DNA of 64,000 nt from an uncultured Actinomycetes bacterium (GTDB taxonomy: Bacteria; Actinomycetota; UBA4738; HRBIN12): contig OY969934.1 of NCBI GenBank assembly GCA_963704725.1, forward strand, positions 608,001 to 672,000, read 5' to 3'. Both the position numbers and the translations under genes were made by a program. Below are positions 52,020 to 60,496 of the stretch, piece after piece. Below the pieces are notes generated by a model that saw only the letters and a list, made by a program, of their open reading frames with translations, made no database searches and had not been told where the DNA came from. Each line of letters begins with the position of its first letter. The stretch's first letter is position 1.

Positions 52020-52931
52020 TCACCGCAGGCGGGCGATCCGGCCGGGCGGCGGCTCGGGGAACGCGTCGGGGTGCAGCGCCCACGCCAGGGCCTCGATCCC
52101 GTCGACCAGCCTCGGGCCCGGTCGTGAGAAGTACGAGGTCGCGTCCACCGCGAACGCGTTGCCCGTCCGCGCCGCCGGGAGCCGCTGGAACGCGGGGAAC
52201 GCCGCGAGCTCGGCTCCCTCGTCCTCGGCGCCGTCGAGGTCGTAGCCGCACGGCATGAACACGACGACCTCGGGCGCGGCGCGCTCGACCTCCTCCCACG
52301 TCACGACGCGCGACGGCTGCTCGGGCTCGTTCAGGAGGTTGGCCCCCCCGGCGAGCTCGATCATCTCCGGGACCCAGTGCCCGCCGACGAACGGCGGATC
52401 CAGCCACTCGAGCGCGAACGTTCCGATCGACGGGAGCCCGGCCGTGACGCGCCGGACGGCGGCGATCCGCTCCCGCAGCCGTGCCGCGATCTCCTCGCCC
52501 CGCTCCGGGGCGCCGAGGAGCCGTCCCGCGGCGCGGATGGACTCGATCACCTGGTCGAGCGAGTTGGGATCGAGCGAGAGCACCTGGGCCTGCGGGGTGC
52601 CGAGCTCGTCGAGGGCGCGCTCCACCTGGCCGCTGGGGACGGCGCAGACCCGGCACAGGTCCTGCGTGAGGATCACGTCGGGCTCGATCCGGCGGATCAG
52701 GTCGACGTCGAGCCGGTACAGCGGCTCCCGGGCGTCCATCCGCTCCCGAACCGCCGCGTCGATCTCGCGGGAGGTCGCGAGCCCGGGGGGCAGGGTGCTC
52801 CGAGACACGACGGGCTTGTCGTCGACCTCCGGCGGCCAGTCGCACTCCTCGGTGACCGCGGCGAGCTGGTCGCCGAGCCCGAGCGCGAACACGATCTCGG
52901 TCGCCGACGGCAGGAGCGAGATGATCTTCAT
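52020..52931 (-). CDS. BtuF-like (Peripla_BP_2) binding-protein fold without a signal peptide
   Basis: MKIISLLPSATEIVFALG, PDVILTQ, EWLDP...GHWVPEM and FSRPGPRLVDG.E. ATGA overlap with E2. Confidence 0.85.
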   Translation of the reverse strand: MKIISLLPSATEIVFALGLGDQLAAVTEECDWPPEVDDKPVVSRSTLPPGLATSREIDAAVRERMDAREPLYRLDVDLIRRIEPDVILTQDLCRVCAVPSGQVERALDELGTPQAQVLSLDPNSLDQVIESIRAAGRLLGAPERGEEIAARLRERIAAVRRVTAGLPSIGTFALEWLDPPFVGGHWVPEMIELAGGANLLNEPEQPSRVVTWEEVERAAPEVVVFMPCGYDLDGAEDEGAELAAFPAFQRLPAARTGNAFAVDATSYFSRPGPRLVDGIEALAWALHPDAFPEPPPGRIARLR

Positions 52932-54127
52932 GTCGGGAGCGCGCCCAAGCGCTCGCGCGACTCGAGCAGCTCGACGAGCGCGCCGAACGCCCGTCCCACG
53001 GTCGCCCCGTCGAGCACGCGGTGGTCGAACGTGAGCGAGAGCGTGCAGGCGGGCCGGGCCTCGACCCGGCCGTCGACGACGAGGGCTCGCGGACGGATCA
53101 CGCCGAGCGCGATCGTGACGGCGTGCCCCGGGTTCAGCAGCGGGGTCCCGTACTCGGACCCGTAGCTGCCGGCGTTCGTGACCGCGATCGTCGCGCCGGT
53201 CGTGTCCCGCGGCTTCAGGGAGCCCGCTCGGGCGGCTCGCGCCAGCCGGTCGATCTCGGCGGCGATCGCGGCGACGCCCATGGCGCCCGAGTCCATCACG
53301 ACGGGGACGACGAGCCCGCGATCCGTGTCCGTGGCGATCCCCACGTTGACCCGGCTGTGCCGCAGGATCCGGTCTCGTGCCCAGCTCGAGTTCAGCATGG
53401 GGTGCTCGCGGCAGATCTCGGTCAGGGCCCGGACGAAGAGCGGGAGCGGCGAGACGCCGAGGCGCCGGCGGACATCCTCGAGCGCGGAGGCGTCGACGGT
53501 GCGGAACGTCGTCACCTGCGGGATCGCGGCGACCTCCGAGAGGTGCTCGGCGATCGAGCGGCGGATCCACGAGAGCGGGAGCTCCTCCGCGTCCTCGACC
53601 CCGCTGACCGTCCACGCGGTTCCGCGCTCGCCCTCGGGAAGCGTCACCTCGCTCGCGGTCGCCGTCACGCCGGCCCCGGCGGCGCGCTCGACGTCCTCCC
53701 GTGTCACGCGACCCTGCGGACCGCTTCCCGACACGGTGGCGAGGTCCAGGCCGATATCCTTCGCCAGCCTGCGCACGGCCGGCGTCGCGGCGACCGGCCC
53801 GTCGGCCGCTTGCGCGCTCGGAGGCGGAGCGGGAAGCGATACCGCGGCCGTAGCGCCGTCGGGAGGAGGCGCGGCGGCCGCCGGCCCCGCGACGTCGAAC
53901 GTGACCAGAGGCGCCCCGACCGCCACCGTCGCGCCGGGCGCGGCGTGCAGGCGGGCGATCCGTCCCGCGAAGGGCGAGGGCATCTCGACGACGGCCTTGG
54001 TGGTCTCGATCTCGGCGATCGGCTGGTTCAGCTCGACGACCGCGCCCTCCGCCACGAGCCAGGCGGTGACGACGGCCTCCTCGAGCCCCTCGCCGAGGTC
54101 GGGAAGGACGAAGACGCGCTCCGCCAT
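52928..54127 (-). CDS. Dihydrolipoamide acyltransferase (E2) of a 2-oxoacid dehydrogenase
   Basis: Lipoyl domain LPDLGEG...ETTKA, E3-binding ATPAVRRLA...GSGPQGRV and catalytic DHRVLDG. Confidence 0.95.
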   Translation of the reverse strand: MAERVFVLPDLGEGLEEAVVTAWLVAEGAVVELNQPIAEIETTKAVVEMPSPFAGRIARLHAAPGATVAVGAPLVTFDVAGPAAAAPPPDGATAAVSLPAPPPSAQAADGPVAATPAVRRLAKDIGLDLATVSGSGPQGRVTREDVERAAGAGVTATASEVTLPEGERGTAWTVSGVEDAEELPLSWIRRSIAEHLSEVAAIPQVTTFRTVDASALEDVRRRLGVSPLPLFVRALTEICREHPMLNSSWARDRILRHSRVNVGIATDTDRGLVVPVVMDSGAMGVAAIAAEIDRLARAARAGSLKPRDTTGATIAVTNAGSYGSEYGTPLLNPGHAVTIALGVIRPRALVVDGRVEARPACTLSLTFDHRVLDGATVGRAFGALVELLESRERLGALPT

Positions 54128-55101
54128 CAGTACGCCACCGTCCGCCGCACGGCATCGGCGATCCGCTCGACGCTCGGTAGGTAGGTCTGCTCGAGCGAGG
54201 CGGGCGGGTACGGCACGTCGGGGCCGGTCACGCGGGCGACGGGCGCCTCGAGGTACGCGAACGCCTCCTCCATGATCCGGGCCGAGATCTCGGCGCCCAT
54301 GCCGAGCGTGAGCGGCGCCTCGTGCACGACCACGGCGCGGCCGGTCTCGCGCACCGCCGCGCCGATCGTCTCGACGTCGAGCGGAACGAGCGAGCGGAGG
54401 TCGATCACGCGGCACTCGAGGCCCTCGGCGGCGAGCGCGGTCGCGGCCTCCAGGCAGCGATGCACCATCGCACCGTAGGAGATCAGCGTGCAGGCGTCCC
54501 CGTCGCGGAGCGTCCGGGCCAGCCCGAGGCCGGGGCCGTCCGCGTCGAGCGTTCCCTCGGCCTTGACCCAGTACCGGCTCTTCGGCTCGAGGAAGATGAC
54601 GGGATCGGGGTCGGCGATCGACCGGCGCAGCAGCCGGTAGGCGTCGAGCGGATCGGACGGGACGACGACCTTCAGCCCGGCCGTGTGGACGTAGTAGGTC
54701 TCGGGGCTCTCGCCGTGGTGCTCCTTGCCGCGGATCCCGCCGAAGGAGGGGATGCGGATCACGATCGGCATGGCCACGCGGCCCCGGGTCCGCATCCGGT
54801 ACTTCGCGACGTGGCTGATCACCTGGTCGAGCGCCGGGTAGGAGAACCCGTCGAACTGCATCTCCGCGATGGGGCGCCACCCGGCCATGGCCAGCCCCAC
54901 GCAGATGCCGGCGATGCCGGCCTCGGCGATCGGCGTGTTGAACACACGCTCCCCGCCGAACTCCGACCGGAGCCCCTCGGTCACGCGGAACACCCCGCCG
55001 AGCTCGGCCACGTCCTCGCCGAACACGAGGGTGCGCGGGTCGGCGGCGAGCGCATCTCGCAGGGCGTGGTTCAGCGCCCCCACCATCGTGACCTCAGCCA
55101 C
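54127..55101 (-). CDS. 2-oxoacid dehydrogenase E1 beta subunit
   Basis: FGEDV...GGVFR.T, TPIAE, EMQF.GF, EHH.ESPE and IDLRSL.PLD. Confidence 0.95.
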   Translation of the reverse strand: MAEVTMVGALNHALRDALAADPRTLVFGEDVAELGGVFRVTEGLRSEFGGERVFNTPIAEAGIAGICVGLAMAGWRPIAEMQFDGFSYPALDQVISHVAKYRMRTRGRVAMPIVIRIPSFGGIRGKEHHGESPETYYVHTAGLKVVVPSDPLDAYRLLRRSIADPDPVIFLEPKSRYWVKAEGTLDADGPGLGLARTLRDGDACTLISYGAMVHRCLEAATALAAEGLECRVIDLRSLVPLDVETIGAAVRETGRAVVVHEAPLTLGMGAEISARIMEEAFAYLEAPVARVTGPDVPYPPASLEQTYLPSVERIADAVRRTVAY

Positions 55102-56161
55102 GTCCGAGGAGCTCCTCGCGCTGACGCCGTAGGGCGGCGGGCGGCTCCGCGAACGCGTGATCGAAGATCTCGGACGGCGGCGGCGCCCCGAGCGCGGTGA
55201 GCTCGGCGCGGACGAGGGCCACCCAGGCCTCGGCGTCCGAACGGCATCCCTCGACGAACGCGTCGTCGATCGTCCCGGCCGCGGACAGGAACCGCCGGAA
55301 GCGGTCGATCGGGTCTCGCCCACGCCACCGGTCGACCTCGGCGTCGTCCCGGTAGCGGGTGGCGTCGTCGGCGGTGGTGTGGGGGCCGACCCGGTAGGTG
55401 ACGGCCTCGATCAGCGTCGCGCCGCCGCCTCCCCGGGCGCGCTCCACCGCCGCCCTGGTCACCGCGTAGACGGCGAGCACGTCGTTGCCGTCCACCCGGA
55501 TGCCGGGGATGCCGTACCCGGCCGCGCGGGCGGCGATCGGGGCCGACGTCTGCTGCGCGAGCGGGACCGAGATCGCCCAGCCGTTGTTCTGACAGAACAG
55601 GATGGCCGGGGCCCCGAACACCGCGGCCAGGTTCGCCGCCTCGTGGAAGTCGCCCTCGGAGGCGGAGCCGTCGCCGAAGTAGGCGAGGGCGCAGGCCGCG
55701 CTTGCGTCGAGCTTGGCGCCGAGCGCCCAGCCCACGGCGTGGACGATCTGCGTGGCGACCGGCACGCAGATCGGCGCGAACCGGTTCGCCACGGGGTCGT
55801 AGGGCCCGCCGTGCCACGTCCCCCGGTGGTACTGGAGGTACTCGACCGCGTCGACTCCTCGCACGATCGCGGCCGCGAGCTCGCGGAACGAGGGGAACAC
55901 GAAGTCCAACGGTCCCAGCGCGAACGCGCTCCCCACCTGGGCCGCCTCCTGACCCTCGAACGGCGGGTAGACGGTGAGCTCCCCCTGTCGCTGCAGCGCC
56001 ATGCACTCGCGGTCGAGCCGCCTCGCCCTGATCATGAGCCGGAGGAGCTCGCGGAGCTCCTCGTCCGACAATCCGACGTCGGTCCCGGCGCTCGCCGTCC
56101 CGTCCGGGGCCACCAGCTGGACCATGGGGGCGTCCTCGGCGGAGATGTCGCGGATGCTCAT
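55094..56161 (-). CDS. 2-oxoacid dehydrogenase E1 alpha subunit (PdhA/BkdA type)
   Basis: LQRQG, GQEAAQVG, ThDP motif FGDG...QNNGWAIS and HTTADD. Confidence 0.95.
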   Translation of the reverse strand: MSIRDISAEDAPMVQLVAPDGTASAGTDVGLSDEELRELLRLMIRARRLDRECMALQRQGELTVYPPFEGQEAAQVGSAFALGPLDFVFPSFRELAAAIVRGVDAVEYLQYHRGTWHGGPYDPVANRFAPICVPVATQIVHAVGWALGAKLDASAACALAYFGDGSASEGDFHEAANLAAVFGAPAILFCQNNGWAISVPLAQQTSAPIAARAAGYGIPGIRVDGNDVLAVYAVTRAAVERARGGGGATLIEAVTYRVGPHTTADDATRYRDDAEVDRWRGRDPIDRFRRFLSAAGTIDDAFVEGCRSDAEAWVALVRAELTALGAPPPSEIFDHAFAEPPAALRRQREELLGRG

Positions 56162-56214
56162 GCGGGATATCCCTCGGGCGAACGGGGTGGGCGAAGCATA
56201 TACACTGCTGCGCC

Positions 56215-57015
56215 ATGGTCCCGGCCGCCGAGCTGCGCGTCTACCAGCCGCTCGAGGCGTTCCCCGCCGAGGAGCAGGCGCGCTGGGAGCGCTACATCGT
56301 GGCGGGGGCCCCCCACCCTGTGCGCCCCCGGTATGCGGACCTCGCCACGCCGGCCGGGCTCGGCTTCGTCCATCCGACCGGCGAGGACGGCGCCCACGTC
56401 AAGGTGATCGACGGTGCGTACTTCATCTGCCCCGAGCGGACGCGCCTGCGGGTGCTGGCCGGCGCGCTCGCCTTCCGGGAGGCCGCGCCGTTCGAGGGCG
56501 CCGACGCGTTCATCCTACCGGGGGAGGTGCGGCGGCTGCGGCGCCAGCTCCACCGGATGCGGCGGCGGAACCCCGGACACGTGGCCTCCGTCATGCAGAG
56601 CCCGTGGCACGTTCCGGTCCGCTGGTTCGTCCTGTTCGAAGACGAGGAGCGCCGGCTCGCCGAGCGAGGGCTCCGGCATCACCTGTCGTACGTGACGGCG
56701 ACGCGCAAGGCGCTCCGCCGCGCCGAGCGGGCCGTCCCCGTCCTGCGTCACACGGAGCTCGGACCCATCGCGGAGCTCATCGTGGAGCTCCATCAGTGGC
56801 TCTCGGCGTTCGACGCCGCCTCGCTGCTCGAGCTCGACTACGCCGGGCTGTGCGACCTGATGACGTGGGACGAGATGGACGACGACCGCGGCGCGCGTGA
56901 CATCGCGGAGGCGCTCAAGGCGCTCTCGGCGGAGGAGTTCACGAGGTCGGCCGAGCTGTACCAGTCGGCGCTGTCGCGCTCGAACGATCTCCGGACCCAC
57001 GAGAGCACGAACTGA
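56215..57015 (+). CDS. Conserved actinobacterial hypothetical protein
   Basis: LRVYQPL.AF, ICP..TRLR, W.VP.RWFVLF and S.LELDY.GL, recalled from a conserved actinobacterial family. TACACT lies 8 nt before the ATG. Confidence 0.8.
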   Translation: MVPAAELRVYQPLEAFPAEEQARWERYIVAGAPHPVRPRYADLATPAGLGFVHPTGEDGAHVKVIDGAYFICPERTRLRVLAGALAFREAAPFEGADAFILPGEVRRLRRQLHRMRRRNPGHVASVMQSPWHVPVRWFVLFEDEERRLAERGLRHHLSYVTATRKALRRAERAVPVLRHTELGPIAELIVELHQWLSAFDAASLLELDYAGLCDLMTWDEMDDDRGARDIAEALKALSAEEFTRSAELYQSALSRSNDLRTHESTN

Positions 57016-57024
57016 CCGCCCGGG

Positions 57025-57100
57025 TGGTGGCCAGGGGCAGAATCGAACTGCCGACACCGCGGTTTTCAGCCGCGTGCTCTGCCATCTGAGCTACCTGGCC
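57025..57100 (-). tRNA. tRNA-Phe(GAA)
   Basis: GGCCAGG-TA-GCTC/GAGC-CGCGG-CTGAAAA-CCGCG-GTGTC-GGCAG-TTCGATT-CTGCC-CCTGGCC-ACCA. Confidence 0.96.
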
Positions 57101-57148
57101 CTGCGTCGAACGCCGGCCCGAAATGGCGGCCGGCGTCTCGTCGCATCG

Positions 57149-57223
57149 CGCGGCTGACGGGCTTCGATCCCGCGATCTTCGCCTTGACAGGGCGATGAGG
57201 ACTCCGGACTCCTCCACAGCCGC
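57149..57223 (-). tRNA. tRNA-Asp(GTC)
   Basis: GCGGCTG-TG-GAGG/CCTC-TCGCC-CTGTCAA-GGCGA-AGATC-GCGGG-ATCGAAG-CCCGT-CAGCCGC-G; atypical T-loop. Confidence 0.9.
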
Positions 57224-57238
57224 GTATTCGGTTGTCGG

Positions 57239-57311
57239 TGCCCCCAACGGGATTCGAACCCGTGTCGCCGCCTTGAAAGGGCGAAATCCTAGGCCACTAG
57301 ACGATGGGGGC
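57239..57311 (-). tRNA. tRNA-Glu(TTC)
   Basis: GCCCCCA...TCGCC-CTTTCAA-GGCGG-CGAC-ACGGG-TTCGAAT-CCCGT-TGGGGGC-A. -10 TATACT upstream; first of the Glu-Asp-Phe cluster. Confidence 0.95.
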
Positions 57312-57472
57312 CCGGGCGCCGGGGACAGCCGACGCAGTATAGCCTCCCGCCTCGGGCCCTCCCATCGGGGAGCCCGGAGCCGCCGACGCGGGCCGCTCGA
57401 GGCCGATCGGTCCCCGGCTACGAGGTCCTCCGGCCCTGCGTGCAGGCATCGGGCCGCCCGAACCTAACGGGC

Positions 57473-58021
57473 GTGAGGCGTCTCCTGCTCGTCACCGCGC
57501 TCCTCGCCCTCGCCGGCTCGGCCTGCGCCGAGGCCGCGAGCCCGGGCGGTCCCGCCGCGAGCGGTGGGACGCCGGCCCCGTGGGCCGAGCGCGATCCCGT
57601 CGTCTACTCCGTCGTCGTGGCCGAGGTGCTCGACGACCTGGGGGCGGCCCCGGGGGTGGTGTTCGTGGTCGACGGCGTGTGCCCACAGGCGGGCCAGGTG
57701 GACCCGGGAGAGCTCTCGTGTAGCGGTTCGATCCCGTCCGACGGCAAGGCGGCCCTGCAGGCCCAGCTCGAGCGGTACGCCCGGGTCGAGTTCGTCGACA
57801 CGGCCGAGGCCGCCCTGGGCGACGACGGCGCGGTGCGGGAGGACGGGGTGCTGTTCTGGCTGGGGCCGCTCAAGGACCGCAAGAACGGCGAGGTGCGCGT
57901 GGGCGCGAACTACGCTCGCCGGCTCTCGGGCGAATCCCTCGGCGTGAACCTGGCGATGACGGACCAGGGCGGATCCTGGATCGTCACCGGCGCCGCCGGG
58001 CTCGGCGGGTGCCCGGCCTGA
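57473..58021 (+). CDS. Putative lipoprotein, unknown function
   Basis: VRRLLLVTALLALAGSA-C signal/lipobox with GC-typical codon usage. Confidence 0.7.
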   Translation: MRRLLLVTALLALAGSACAEAASPGGPAASGGTPAPWAERDPVVYSVVVAEVLDDLGAAPGVVFVVDGVCPQAGQVDPGELSCSGSIPSDGKAALQAQLERYARVEFVDTAEAALGDDGAVREDGVLFWLGPLKDRKNGEVRVGANYARRLSGESLGVNLAMTDQGGSWIVTGAAGLGGCPA

Positions 58022-58344
58022 GCCGGGACGAGCTCGTCACCCACCCGCAGATCCACGTCCATCGAGCACTCGAGCACGTGCTGCGCCCGGCGCATCGGCG
58101 ACAGGAGTCGCCTCGGTGCCACGGTCCGCAGGTCCACCACCCGGAGCGATCCGTCGAGCCGCGCCACCACGATCGGGAACCGCATCCCGAACGTGTGGAC
58201 CGAGGTGGCGCCGGGGAACAGGAGCGCCTCGTCGGCCGCGAGACGGTCCGCCCCACGCAGGCCGGCGGAGCGTTCGCGCCATCGCAGGGCCACCCGGCAT
58301 CGCAGCCTCGCCCCGCGGGGGCCGGTCAACACCACGTGCCTCAC
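57910..58344 (-). CDS. DUF192-family protein
   Basis: GLRG...EALLF....SVHTFGMRFPI.V..LD...V...P.R.....A..VLE. TAGGGT lies 7 nt before the GTG. Its 3' end overlaps the convergent lipoprotein gene. Confidence 0.75.
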   Translation of the reverse strand: MRHVVLTGPRGARLRCRVALRWRERSAGLRGADRLAADEALLFPGATSVHTFGMRFPIVVARLDGSLRVVDLRTVAPRRLLSPMRRAQHVLECSMDVDLRVGDELVPAQAGHPPSPAAPVTIQDPPWSVIARFTPRDSPESRRA

Positions 58345-58397
58345 GCCGGCGACCCTAGCGTGACCCGCCGACAGCCCAAGGCCGACACGTCACACAG

Positions 58398-58472
58398 TGG
58401 GCCGGGCAGGATTCGAACCCGCGACACGAGGGTTAAAAGCCCCCTGCTCTGACCTGGCTGAGCTACCGGCCC
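58398..58472 (-). tRNA. tRNA-Lys(TTT)
   Basis: GGGCCGG-TA-GCTC/GAGC-GGGGG-CTTTTAA-CCCTC-GTGTC-GCGGG-TTCGAAT-CCTGC-CCGGCCC-A; -10 TAGACT upstream. Confidence 0.95.
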
Positions 58473-58621
58473 CGGGCCGAGTCTACGGCGGCGTGATGGC
58501 CGGATCCCGCCCTCGGCCCTCTCGCCAGCCCCGCTCCGGGCACCGTAGCGCCAATACCCCAAGGAGCGCATGCCCTCGTCGTCCCTACCCCCGTAATGTC
58601 GGCCGATCAGAGGGGGATCGC

Positions 58622-60496
58622 ATGTCGCGTCAGACCACCGTAGCCCCGGGCGATGCCGGCACGACGCCGGCCGGGGATCGTCTGGAGGAGATCTGGGCGG
58701 GACTGTCCCGGTTCAGTCGGTGCGAGGATGCGAACGCCGGCCGGGCGGAGGAGCAGGCCTTCATCGACACGCCGGCCGGGCCGGTCTTCGTCACGCTCGT
58801 CGAGCCGCTCGGGCGCCGGCGAGATGTCGGATTCCTGGTCTGCCACTCCTTCGCCTTCGAACAACTCGACCTGTTCCCGCTGGAGCTGACGTTCGCTCGG
58901 TTCGCGGCCTCGTCCGGTTTCCCCGTCCTGTACCTCCAGGCGCGGGGGTACGCCGACTCCGGCGGCGATCTCGGCGAGGCGACCGCGACCACGCAGCTCC
59001 GCGATACCCTCGCCGCCGCAGAGCATCTGCGGGCGAGGGGCCACGTCCGCCACGTGGTCCCGGTGGGCGTCCGGTGGGGAGGGGCGATCGCCCTCATGGC
59101 GGCGGACCGCCTCGACGCGCCCGGCGTGGCCCTGTGGAACCCCGCCGTGGAGCCCGGCGCGTACCTGGACGACCTCCTCCGCGTGTTCTCGCGCTCCCGG
59201 ATCGCCGGGAAGGGGCGCGATCCCGCGGCGCCCGAGGGCCCCAGCCGGCAGCAGCTTCGAGCGATGCTCGAGCAAGGGGGGCAGGTCGACCTGTTCGGCT
59301 TCCCTCTGACGTCGCGCTGCTACGGCGACGCGGCCTCCGTGCATCCTCTCGACACCTCGTCGCCGGCGCCCGGCCAGGCGCTGGTCGTCGTGGTGAACCC
59401 CCGGGTCCGGCCCGAGGTCGAACGCACGGCGCGACGGCTCCGCGAGCGTGGCGCCGAGGTCCACGTCGACGAGGCTGAGGGCCCCGGGCGGGCCCAGTTC
59501 GCGCTGGGTGCGAGTCCCGCGGGCCGGCGCGTCGTCGCCGGCCAGACGCTCTTCGAGGACGTGGCGAGGCGGACCGTCGACTGGGCGCTCGAACGGTGGG
59601 ACGGCGTTGCGAGTGAGCCCGTCGTCTCGAACGGCGGAGCCGCCGCCTCCACCGCCCCAGTCGATCCGGCACCGAGACCCGAGGCCGACGTCCTCGAGGT
59701 GCCCGTCTACGTGGACAGCCGAGGCGAGCGGCTCGGAGCGGTCGTCACGGTGCCCCGGGATGGCGGCTCCACCCTCGGTGTCGTGCTGCTGGCCAGCCGG
59801 GCGCGCGATCGAGCCCATCGCAACGGGATGTGGGTGAAGGCGGCACGAACGCTCGCGGGAGATGGGCTGTACGTGCTGCGGCTCGACTACCCGGGTGTTG
59901 GGAACTCGACGGGCTCGCCGCGCATGTTCGGTATGGAGGACATGCCCTCCTGGGCGGTCGACGACGCCTGCGCCTTCCTCATCGACCACACGCCGGTCCG
60001 CAGGATCCTCCTGGCGGGCACGTGCTACGGGGCCAGGGTCGTTCTCGACGCGGCGCCGAGGATCCCGACGGTGGACGGCGTCGCGATGATCGTCGGCCCG
60101 ATCATGCGACCGCTGTCGTCGAGGACCAAGCTCCGCTTCCGGCTGGCCGGCCTCATCGGCAGACGCGCCCGCGGGAAGGACCCGGCCGCCGAGGCGGGCC
60201 GCCCCGCGCCCGGCGCCCGAGCCCAGCGCCGTCGGATCGACCCGGCCTTCGTCCGGACGCTCAAGCGCTACCTCGCGCGGGGGCGCGTGTACTTCCTGTA
60301 CGGGGACCGCGACGTGTACTGGGAGGAGCTGCGCTTCACGCTCCAGCGCCTGCGGCTGACCGAGGATCGGCATGAGGTGGATCTCGTACCGGGGGAGATC
60401 GACTCCTTCCGATCCATCGACATGCAGGCGATCGCGCGCGACCGACTGGTGGCGTGGTGCCGTCGTGCGGCCGCGGAGTTGCGAGAGGTGACGTGA
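58622..60496 (+). CDS. Tandem (fused) alpha/beta-hydrolase-fold protein
   Basis: Domain 1: GFPVL....GYADS.GD with elbow G-V-R-W-G-G. Linker. Domain 2: G..VLRLDYPGVGNS.G with elbow G-T-C-Y-G-A. Confidence 0.85.
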   Translation: MSRQTTVAPGDAGTTPAGDRLEEIWAGLSRFSRCEDANAGRAEEQAFIDTPAGPVFVTLVEPLGRRRDVGFLVCHSFAFEQLDLFPLELTFARFAASSGFPVLYLQARGYADSGGDLGEATATTQLRDTLAAAEHLRARGHVRHVVPVGVRWGGAIALMAADRLDAPGVALWNPAVEPGAYLDDLLRVFSRSRIAGKGRDPAAPEGPSRQQLRAMLEQGGQVDLFGFPLTSRCYGDAASVHPLDTSSPAPGQALVVVVNPRVRPEVERTARRLRERGAEVHVDEAEGPGRAQFALGASPAGRRVVAGQTLFEDVARRTVDWALERWDGVASEPVVSNGGAAASTAPVDPAPRPEADVLEVPVYVDSRGERLGAVVTVPRDGGSTLGVVLLASRARDRAHRNGMWVKAARTLAGDGLYVLRLDYPGVGNSTGSPRMFGMEDMPSWAVDDACAFLIDHTPVRRILLAGTCYGARVVLDAAPRIPTVDGVAMIVGPIMRPLSSRTKLRFRLAGLIGRRARGKDPAAEAGRPAPGARAQRRRIDPAFVRTLKRYLARGRVYFLYGDRDVYWEELRFTLQRLRLTEDRHEVDLVPGEIDSFRSIDMQAIARDRLVAWCRRAAAELREVT

